Source: Nemertoderma westbladi
Lineage: Eukaryota > Animalia > Xenacoelomorpha
Direction of reading: 5' to 3'
Length of the DNA stretch: 64,000 bases
NCBI GenBank assembly: GCA_032718475.1
Contig: JAUCBJ010007860.1
Location: forward strand, 62,001 to 126,000
Part shown: positions 12,774-24,600 of the stretch, piece after piece
How positions within the stretch are numbered: the first letter of the stretch is position 1
How the letters are laid out: every line of letters begins with the position of its first letter
Translations under genes and position numbers: made by a program
Notes under the pieces: model-generated
Database searches by the model: none
Told to the model about the DNA's origin: nothing
The model's input: the letters and a program-made list of their open reading frames with translations, nothing else

Positions 12774-15248
12774 GACTTGTAAATTTTTTGGTATAATTGT
12801 TACATAATTATTTAATAATATTTGATTATTTTATAATAATAATTTTAATTGCAACATTATATATACTTAGTGCCGTTTCTATGCGGCGAGTTGTTATATA
12901 TCACAGTATATCTCTAGCAAGATATCAAACATTACGGATGATGTAGTTAGCCAAGTAATTTAGACTTTACATCCCCAGACGAGTTACTTTGAAACATGAC
13001 CTACTATAGTAGGTCATGACTAAAACATTAAATTATTTACAGTTGTCATAGCAACCTAATCAAACAAATAAAATATTAGCCAACACCATCACTAACTAAT
13101 TTGAGAGATTCCATCAACAGTTTACACATAATTTTTAATTACACAAATTTTTCGTGCGGTTTGTTTACGCTAAGTATTTTAGAGTGTTATGACCCTCGTA
13201 TCTTCACTCACTACGTCCGTTCGTGTAACAAACCATTCGAATCAGCGCACAGTAGATTTACGCTTTATACCTAACAATTATTATATTTAATTTAATTTAA
13301 TATTTAATTTAATTATTATATATTAACAATTATTATATTTTTCACTGTATAAGTGTTCATGACAACTTTTAAGATAGTAATAATTATACATATCTACAGT
13401 AGCACAATATCTTTAAATTGTACCCAATCGCGTTGTGTGTAACCGTCTCATTAATTGATATATTATTTTTATTCGAAATGTAAATATTATGTAACTACGA
13501 AGGTAGACGTAGAAAAGGATGTACAAAATGTAATTACCATAGTAAAACGGCGGGCGGGTGGGATACCAAAATAGTAGTAGCGTCCACAGGACCCAACATG
13601 TAGGCAGGGTCCGTTGCCGATACTTCCGCTACAGGCCAACCACTAATTACTTTCATTTTACTGATTATCTGCATACTGTACCGGTTACCGGTCCGATACA
13701 ACAGTTGACCTACCTCACATGTCGTAGCTAAAATAATAAGCGTCAGACGTCAGTACCGGTATGTCAAAACAGCATTTTAACGTTATATATAATTTGTACC
13801 GGTACGAGTACTGTAGCTGTAGGCACAAGCGACGCTATCTGTTTCTGTATACTGTCGCTAGAATTAACACGCAACACGTACAGTAGGACCTAATTCAATT
13901 TAATGTTAAATTTAACATTAGCGGCGTTTGTTTGATAAAATAAATATTAAAATTTTTCAATAAAATTAGTCTCCAAGTCTAATCTGGCACCCAGTTCTCG
14001 ACTCTATCACAAGCCTTGAAGAAATAAAATAGTTAAATTATTGATGATCAACTTCTGGCAACCCTAAAGTAATAATGCTTCCAATTACCTCACGAAGTCA
14101 AGAATAGTCGCATTCGTACCCAAGTTATTAAGTGGGAGTTACTTCATCAAAACAACATTTGTATGTATAGTTTTATATTTTTTGCAAAAATATAATAAAT
14201 AGGCCTACTGTAGGATAGATAGCCTGCCAATTCAACATTGGCAGTAGTGATGAGTGCGACGAGGTTTGGCAGGTAATGGGATTTGGACTTGCGGGCACTT
14301 CATGAATTTGGACAATTTTTTTTCTACAACTTATAGTAGTATAACTAAAATTGGTTTACTTCCGCGCGATTGAAAGATATGAGAGTGAGAACCTCTAGCA
14401 GTTATGTAAGTTTTGTAAGTTTGTATCCACTTAAAAACCAAAGTAAAAAAGGTAAGATTTTATGATGTTAGAATTACAATTTTGGAATAATAATGAATTA
14501 TAATTAATGTATTTGTTTATGGATAGTCTAGGCAACTCACACTATGGTAACTAAATCAGCAAGCGCTATACAGTATAGTAGTAGCAATATAGTTAAGCAG
14601 ACTGCTAGCTATCATTATAATTAAGATTAGGGTTCAATGTTAGTGAACCAAACATCATTCGCAGATAATTTTATTGTTACAAAATTTTTGTATGTGTAAT
14701 TTATAAAAAAAATTGTTGGGCTAGAAACAATGAATTAGGGTTAACAAGGTGTCCTGAATCGAGTTGCGGTGTGTGTTGTTGTAAAAAAGTTGTTGGAACT
14801 GGTTGAAATTGCGGGATTGTAAGCGCAGGAAGCAAATTTTGAAAATCGACTGTGATTGGATGCTACATATTTGACATCAGTACAAAATGCTCTGATCTTT
14901 CTGATATTTTTCATCGTGGTTTCTATGGAGGGTGATTTTGGATCCATTCAATTACACATTAAATCTCAATCATTTCACACATAGCTAATATCAATTGAAA
15001 GTGGAGAGTCTTGCGCGTCTTTTGACACTACAATTAATTAAATTCATGATGGGGAATATTGATTCGAGAATCAGCAACCCAGAATACCTAAAAAGGTGAA
15101 AATTTTCTAGTATGGTATAAGTACAATAAATTAAATAGTTAATAATATGTTAAATAAATGAGGATGGCTGCAGGCCAAGTAGCAAGTAAATACAACTCTA
15201 TAATAATACCGTAATTAATTTGCTAAACATACAGTAGATGTACATAAA

Positions 15249-15673
15249 ATGAAACATATTATTATTGTGACATTTTTAATCAGAAACTACTTAGAGATTT
15301 CAGGATTAGATATAGCGATAGAAACCCATGGAGGGGATAGAGCAGCTAGAATGATAGCACAAAGCCATGGCTTGCAGTATGTTCGAAAGATTGGTACACT
15401 GCCGCACAAGTACTTGTTACGGACTAATAGTCAGGGCAGGAATATGTTTAAAAAAGAAGTTGATTATAAGGATTTGGGGGAAGACGACAGGGTCGTTTGG
15501 CATGAAGAACAAACTCATCATCAACGAATTAAACGAGGTTCATTGAAAGACATAAAGAGAGAATCTTTAGTAAATGTTAAAAATTATATTCAGGGTCATA
15601 TCAATGATGAGCCAGAAGGATCTCGAGACCATCCCTTAATTGAATTTAATGACCCATTCTACCCTTTGCAGTG
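15249..15673 (+). CDS. Convertase exon 1: signal/prodomain with RIKR cleavage site and FNDP..W
   Basis: Prodomain-like sequence (VVWHEEQ..QRIKR) and [10 protein letters not shown]; donor TG|GTGAGT at 15674. The exact start codon is less certain. Confidence 0.85.
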
Positions 15674-18600
15674 GTGAGTCAGGATTTTTTCTACCCTTTG
15701 CAATGGTGAGTAATGAATCTTTTTTACGTTTTGCAGTGATGAGTCATGACCGTGGATTTGTAACTGTATGTGTAGATTACTTTATTGTGTCCATTTATTC
15801 CATTTCAGTTACCGGTGGTTTTCGTACATCGTCTTCACTGTAGATGAGGTCTGTTTATTGGTTATACATTATCCTCAATGTAGTTGAGATGATATGTCCA
15901 TTAGATTAAACAATATACGAATCTGAACCATCAATCTTTATTTCTCACCGTGTCCACCCCTGACACAGGACTGGTGGATCGACAGACACCACGGTGATGC
16001 ATCACACTTTAATTGGACTGAGATGCGTTCCAACATCGGTGACGTCGGTACTTAAATATATGTTTGGGGGGGGGGGGGGGGGCTCCAGTTTTCACAACGA
16101 ATTCTGCGGGGGGTTGTCATGATTGGTAACATAACAACAAAAATCCGTCCGTTAAAAGACCACAATGATTGCACACCACCAAAGGGAGCCAATACACGTC
16201 CCATTAGGCTCTCCAGTATGGATATCCCTCTTTTTTTTAAGGACCCAGCGATGAAGTAACTGGAATTGACATAAATGTTGGGATTGATTGTTGAAGTTAG
16301 CAGCTACTGTATCTCTTTAAAGGGTAGAACATGCATACATAGTCAACCGCGTATGAAGTATATTATTCGGGCACATTATTTTGACAGAAAGAATCGTTAT
16401 ATTATTATGATGTTACAATAGAAAAAATTATAACATACCTTCTGAAAATTTATTTACAGTGTACTCACAATCGCGACTTTTCTTGCTCCAACTCACTAGT
16501 GTCACTATGTCCGCCTAGAAAAACAAAGCTCTGATCATTACAATGTAAATAGTTACTTTAAAACAACTGTAAGCTTACATACAAAATATAATCCACCATT
16601 ATTTAATTAAAGGTACTTAGATAACTACGGGCAAGACCCACTAATACCTCGTGGAATCGATATGAATGTTGGTGAGGCTTGGAAAGCCGGAGTGTCTGGC
16701 CAAAATATTGTAGTTACGATAGTTGATGATGGCATAGATTATACCCACCCCGATCTCAAAGCAAATTATGACCAATATGCTTCCACTGATCTTAACACTG
16801 AGAAAGATGAGTCCAGAGATCCTCGGCCACGTGTAAATTCAGGTTGGTGTTTGAATGTTGTAAAACAACCACAATGTGGGGGGGGGGGGGGGGGGGTTTG
16901 CCACTGAATATGATTATATAGGAAGGAGCCTTGGTCGTATGGGGGCTACAGTAGGTTGGGGGCGGAGCCATTTATGCAGTAATGGAGACAATGTGTGTTC
17001 AATTAAGGTTAAAATTATAATTTTTGTTAGTGTAATCTGAGAAATAAATTCTCAGGGAGTATAAACTATTATCATTGTGTGAAAAGTAGCACTTTTTTCG
17101 CGTCATGATCGCAGTGTACTATGTACCGAGCTAAAGCAACGATCGATGTTTACATAAGTAACTAAAACTACTACTACCACTACTAGGTCGAGCGAACTCG
17201 GACTGTGGAAATGAGTTCCATGGCTGTCGTAACTTAGTTTCTGTCAAATCCAGCAGTATCCCTTTCAAGTTGGTCTCTATGTATGTCATAGCCGGTGGTT
17301 CACGGGAACGCCTACTTGTGCTGGCGGCCAGAAAAGTAGATCAGGTATGACTTCGTCTGAATGAATAATAGTCTGCGTTGACGTAAAGTAGTTGATTCGG
17401 GTGATATTGAACCATAAAGCTCGGGGTTTCTCTTGTTTTGTCTCCGGATAATGTTTAGTGCTGCCTTTAGTACTCTTGTGTAGCGGAGTACAAACAGCTA
17501 GAATTGAGAAGAAATCTGTTTCACCCTCTGGGAGTACCTGAGCCTCTGTGTCAAAATATAACAATCCAATACCAGCGACAATTACTTCTGGTATTCCATA
17601 AGCTCTTAGGATTTCCAGTATTTTACCTCTACGGATGGAGTCAAAGGCTTTCTTGAAGTCGCAAGAAGATCAGAACTGCAGGAAGGTTTTTGACTTAATA
17701 TATTCAACCAGCCTCCGTAGCGCTAGTATCTGAGCTATTATTGATCTATTTGGTTGAAATCTATTTTGGCTTTTAAGCAAGAGTTTCTCTATTTGAGGTC
17801 GAATTCTGTGACCGTAGCCCAGCCATCCCGGCCATAAGAACCATTATATGGGTAGGGGCTTCAATTTCCAATATTCCCTCATCTCTCTTTCCCCATTTAA
17901 CTACCCACAATACCAATAGTTCTACCATTTCGGCCGCTTCACATATTACAGCATTGCCACCGGCCCTTACAGTAGGTGTAGCGTAGCCATGGTATTACTG
18001 TGTCATGATTGGGTGCTATTTATAGGTGTATATCATACCGCGCTCTGTGAGTGGCTGTTGTCTCCCATTCGCTAACGGTTCTACCGCCAAAACCTATAAG
18101 GCAGGGCGTTTCTCAACCTCTGCATTATTCCTTCTGCAGTGTACCTGACAGCGTGCCATTGCTTCTACCGGAGTTTCTGCCTTTTCAGACATTCAACATC
18201 AGTCACTCACAGACCGGCCCATAAAACTCACTTATGCATAACAACATCATTCTAAGATCTATTCAACTTTATTATCATGGGTTCGGGAAGGGCGGGAGCT
18301 ATGCGTTATTAGCGGCTCACAGGTTCATCAGCCAGCAGTGGGGAATAAAAGTAGAAGCATTGTCCGGATAGGGCTGCTAAAAACTGCTTCTTCAACATCT
18401 CTAGGCACCCAGCTAGGTAAAAGTAAAAGGAGCAATCAACGACAGAACTATAAGTGCGTACCGGTCCGGTCACCGGTACTTACGGTAAAAAAAACGTTGT
18501 CGTTGTAGTAGGGTAGGCCTACAAACTGTTGCCTAGCCCTACGGCAGTACGCGGTCAGCAATTACAACAGCTTACAGCCAGCATGCCGGTCACCGGTGCG

Positions 18601-21600
18601 GTACCCTGCCCAACGCCTCCGCGCTAAGTACCTACGCTAGCTACGCTGTCCCGCAGCGATAATGAGTACCGGTATCCCAGGAGAAACCCGGCGGGGCACA
18701 GCCAGTACGGTAGGCCCCGAACATTCATCCCACTTAGACGGGACTCCAACCGGCTCAGCAGACAGCCAGTTCGAGGGATGGTCAGACTCATCCCACGCGG
18801 ATCAACCCGGCTCCCAGGGGGCCATTGGAGGAGACCCGCAACCCGAGGTATGTTCTGACTCGGCGGTTTTACCGGAGTCAGTCAATGTACCTGATACCAA
18901 CCAAACATCCACGGTTCCAGGGCGCGTCGGTTCAGCGGTGAACTCGCGCACTGGACCGGTACTGCCAACTACAACAGGGCAACACCCAGTTCGGCCGAGG
19001 ACACCGAGCCCTGATGGGGGGAGCCCGCAGCATTCCGATTCAGACGACAGACGTGCTCCTGCGGGTGCCACCGCGGGGGCAGCGACGGTCGAGGACGCGG
19101 TCGTTCGATTGCAGCCGCGGGGAGCACGGAGCGATACACGAACTGGATCACCCGTTAAACCCGCCCGCGCCCGACGCCTAACGCGATCTACTATCGAGAA
19201 GGGGACCCTTCCTTCTAGGGATACAGGTGAGGTCGAGAAACTGGCGCAGAAATACAGACGCGCTAGGGACCGTATGGAGGATGGGGTCAAGACGGGTACG
19301 TTAAACTTCAACATTGACGAGGCCGTCGAGCAGGTAAACTTGTACATAGAGCACCTCAATAAATATCAGCAGGAGGTGGCAAGTGACCAAATAACGGACC
19401 ATATAACCAACTTTCTTACTGTACTGTATATTACGCATAAACTGGTAGGTATATACAGGGTTGGTAAGGTTGTAGTAGGTGAAGCCGCGACAGCTGTCGC
19501 CAAAAATTGGGATAGTGTACCACTGGGGGGAGAGATGAGGGAGGCGGAAGCAGAGCTCCTACCCAGTGATTCAGTTTCCCAGGTTGAGTCCAATCGGGGG
19601 ACTTTTATTTCGAGCCAAGTTCGCTCAAACTACATGTCGGTAGCTTCATCTAGGGGGGTAAGGGAGGAAGAACTACATGCCCAGTTCCTTATAGAACAAC
19701 GGGAACTGGAGGGTGAACTCCTAGAACAGGAGTTAGAGAAGGCTAGAAGGGTTAGGGCCCACAGGTTAGCGAAAAATAGGAAACAACAATTAGAGGCCCG
19801 ACAGCAAAAACGGTTAGTTAGTCTACGAGCAGCCTCTGAGAATGGTAGTTCAGTGTCCCGCCCTACCCAGGTTAGTCAAAGTGTCTCAGTGCCGTGCGGT
19901 CTGGCGCAGGTTGCCACAGCCCGCAAGCAAACAAATAATCGGGTTGAATTAAATAAACCCATAGAATTTAATAATTTAAATCTATTAAATAAACAAACCC
20001 AACTGGTTGACATAGACCAGACAGCAGGCCGTCGGCCGACATACCTTGTACAGCAGCAAGCCGTTCAGACATCGGCCAGGTTACCCGCAACACAGGGGTT
20101 AGTACAGGGAGTCTCTGAAGGAGACAGTATAAGGCTGATGAGCCGAGATACTGATAATTGTATTAATTTAAATGGAAATTTAAATAACAATTTAACACCA
20201 AATATTGATTTATTGCAATATAATGCAAATTCTAATAAAAACGCAAATATAATTGCACCAATAATAATACAAAGTAATGTGGAGGCACCAGTCCTGTCTA
20301 ATAACATAGACAGTGACTCACACCAACCCACACATAACACAGACGACATTGCAGTGCCGCCAAGCGGCAGTAGGTTGTACTGTGGTAATCAAATCGCTTC
20401 ACGCGAAGAGTCGGATCGGGAGGAGCGATTGCGAGACTCGGGAGATCGCACGTCGGTTCGAGTCAGTAGCAAAGTGGAGGAAGTCTACTACGAAGGATGT
20501 CCGGGGGCAAGAACTGGCCAACTTACGCAATCTGGCGAGTCTGAGCGGGCGACGAGGGCTCAGGAGGATCGATCTTCGGATGAACTCGTCGATCCGTTAT
20601 GTAGGCTAGGCCAGCCAGCTACTGTAGGCTATCAGTCAGTAGACCAGCAAGAACAAGCTACAGTAGTGCCGGACATAGATAAACAAACAACCCTAAACCC
20701 CAATGCGAGTGATTATAGACCGCCGAGAGTTCCAGAAGGGGGTCGACTTAATTTATCGGACGTTCGACATGCAGACTCCACTGCGAATGTACCGGTACCG
20801 CGAGTACCCCTATGGAGGCCTAGGGATGATAATGTGTATTACAATAGTAATATAAGAGAATATTTACCAGTAACAGCAAGCCCTTCATACAACCCAACTT
20901 CATCAGGGACATACACCCAAAGGGGGTCTAATGAAACTATTCATAGCCCCGTAGGTCTACATTATGATACTTTACCTAGGCTATCTTACCCCAGTAGGGA
21001 AACTGATAAACCTGCATATAATAATGTTGGGGGGGGGGGGGGGTAAGGACATGGCAAGGGGCCCAGGGGGCCTAGGAATGTATAGACCAAATATTGGTGA
21101 AGGGTCTTCCCATAGGGATGGTGTCACATCAGGACCTGCCAGTGGCTCTATTGGACAGACTACTTCACCACCAACAATACCAGAACATGTCAGCAGCACA
21201 GACCCTACAGGGGGAATGAGTGCAGTGGTGGATGCACTCAGGGTGCGTTTAGAATTGCCTCCCATCAAACCCTTTACATTTGATGGGACAAAGCCTGAAG
21301 AGTATGTACAATTCAGGAGCATGTTCAACGAGGAAGTCATGTCTAGGGGTCTAACTACAACTCGATGTCTAACTCATCTTCAGTCCTATGTAGAGGGAGA
21401 AGCTAGCGACATTGTTAGGCCATTTCTGGGCATGGAAGGAGGCTTCGCAGAGGCGTGGGCAGCCCTAGATAGTGAATATGGGCATCCTGCACGTATTATT
21501 CGAAACACCATACGTACCTTAACTGCAAATACATCCTTGCAAAAGCCTAAAGAATTAAAGGCCTTTGCTGCAAAGGTCAAAAAGGCTCTTATTGTGCTGC

Positions 21601-24600
21601 GCACATTGGGGCGACCAGCCGAGCTTAGCTCCACATCCAATATGACATCCATAGTGGAAACCTTACCAGTATGGATGCGCAGCCTATGGCGCAAGAAGGC
21701 ATATGTCCTACGCGAGGAAAAGGACAGGGAACCAGATTTTGCAGACCTGTCCACCTTCCTTACCTTCCAGGCAGAGATTATGATAGACCCCATATATGGG
21801 GAAGATAACTTCAACATTCCTAAAACTGGAGGAAAATCTAAAGAACTTCCCGCAACCACAAATAGAGACAAAATGAATAGCCCTGCTTATCCGCTGCCAC
21901 GCAAAAATGCCACAGGTGTTTTTCATCTGGCAGAAAATGAAAGGTCCAGTAGGGATCCCGTGTCAAGATCGAAGTCACCCTCGGTGCCAGCAAAAAGGCA
22001 CCAACCACCAGTGGCACCTCCGGAGGGCACTTCTCGAAATTCGACATATAAACAATCGGAGCGGTTTACTCCATTTACACCTTACTGGGACATAGGAACC
22101 TTAGGTTACAGCGACGAGGTGGACTGCCAGATCCATTTCAGAAACAAAGGTCACCCTACTAGAACTTGCAGGGTGTGGCAAGCACAAAGCCAACAGGACA
22201 AGTGGAATTACCACAAGCATCATGGTACATGCAAGCATTGTGTGACCACAGGCCACTTTTCAACGAACTGTCCCTATGCGCCTGCAAAGTCTGGGAAATC
22301 TGCTGAATCCGGGGCTACAGGCGTGATAAACACTTTATCTCTCCAGGATCGATATTATGGAGAGACAACGTATCTTAAGATACTTCCTGTTAGAGTGACA
22401 GGATCGAGGAAACGGTCACTGACAACCCTAGCACTAGTCGATAACAGTGCTGGAATCGACATCCAAGGTGAAGTCGTTCGGAAACAGTTGCATATTGCAA
22501 CACAGCCAGAGACCATGCATATAAGCACTATTGCATTAAAGAACCAGGAGATAAACATGCCGGTTGGGGAATGTACAGTTAGTTCTATTATGCCAGGGCC
22601 TGAGTTCTCAATTAAGTGCCCAGCAGTACGTGTGATAGACGAGGTAAACGTTCCCGCCGAAAGAGCAACAACGGAGGAGATAGCCCAGTACTCATACCTG
22701 GACGGCATCGACTTCTCTCTTCCGCCATTGGATCTTCCATATGTCACCATGGCGCTGGGGATGTGCTGTCTCCCGGTACATGCAGAGCTGGAGATAGTTC
22801 AGGGTCCGGGTAGAAATCAGCCCCAGGCTGTACGAACACCCCTGGGTTGGGTATTACTTGGCAAGGTGGCTAAGGTACCGTCTATATCAAACCCGACACG
22901 GGCTGTTACTGCTAACCACATCATTAAATCAGTAAAACCGGGCCCAGCTAGACCAATCACATCCCATGAACTCACTTATACCCCAACTGACACAGCTGGG
23001 ATCTCAAGTGGCACTACGGTGGCACAAGACCTAGCAACCCTCTTCAACCTGGATAGCGAAGGGTTGTATGAACCGACGCTTGGCCAATCCCAGGAGGACG
23101 TTAGAGCAACCAAGGCACTAACAAATTCAACCATCTTTCGAGATGGCCACTACACAGCAAGAATGCTGTGGAAAGACCCGAATGGGCAGTTACCTAACAA
23201 TGAATCCATGGCAGTAGAGCGCCTACGCAAATTCAAGGTAACGCTCAACCGAGATGAGCGAAAGAAACAGTTTGTTCATCGAACCATTCAGAAGTATCTA
23301 GATCGAGGGTGGGCAGTCCAGCTAGCGAACCAGGAACCCAATACCACTCGAACCTATTACTTACCCCTTCATGTCGCCGTAGATGTGAAGAAGAACAATA
23401 AACTCCGGTTGGTTAACGACGCTGCAGCCAAATACCATGGGAAGTCGCTGAACGACTATCTCCATGAGGGGCCCAACATTTATAATACAGGAGCAGATGT
23501 GCTCATGAGGTTCAGAGAGGGAACCAAGGCCTTCACATGCGATGTGGAGGCCATGTTCCACCAAGTTCGGGTCTATCAGGAGGACAGCGATAGCCTCCGA
23601 TTCCTCTGGCACGACAGCGATAACCCGAACGAGGTGCCAAAGAAATTCAAGATGTTGGTCCACATCTTTGGCGCCAAGTGTTCGCCGTTCATCGCCACCG
23701 ATAAACTACGGCAAACCACCTTTGACAAGAATGTTCTCATCGAATTCTCACAAGAGGTAATCCGCATGATTAGGGAGAACTTCTATGTAGACGATGGTCT
23801 GCAATCAGCCAACTCGACTGAACAAATCCTCAGCCTAGCGAAGGAAGCGGTAGAGATTCTACGGCGGGGAGGATTCTGGCTGAGGCAGTTCAAGTCGAAT
23901 TGTCACGAATTTGACGCCGAGATGGCCCCAGAGGATAAATCCACAGGCCTTCTCAAACAAAGTGAGAACATGGCTCCTATAAGCCTACAACCTCTAGCGG
24001 AGGGTAGGAGCCAGCCAGACGCAGCCTCAGGGGAAGTCAACCGGATATTGACCGAGGCTTCGGCAGAGCCTGAGGCCAGAGTGCTTGGGATTTCATGGGA
24101 TAGGATCAACGATAATCTCGTGTATATCTTCAACGAGACAGCTATGACAAAGCATACATTACGGAATTACCTATCATACATCGCGAGGATGTATGACCCC
24201 ATAGGGTTAGCATCACCTAACCTGGTGGTGGGAAGGCATATCCTTCGCGAAGCATATCTGGGGAAGTTCAGATGGGATGAGGAACTCCCAGAACAGCTCA
24301 AAATCAAGTGGATAGCTTGGCTCGAAGTTCTCAAGGACACTAGAAGGATAAGTATACCGCGACCGTACTTCTCGGATGGGAATATGTCCGAAGTGGTCCT
24401 GCATGCCTTCTCAGACGCATCGACTAAGGGATATGGGGCCGTGATATACGTGGTTCAAGGAGGAGAGAACAACCTGCAACCACGTCTGATCTTCAGTAAG
24501 GCCAGAACTGCTCCACTAAAACTAGTGACAATCCCGCGATTAGAGCTGATGGCTGCACTTCTGGCCACACGCGCAGCTCAACAAGTACGAAAAGCTCTTA

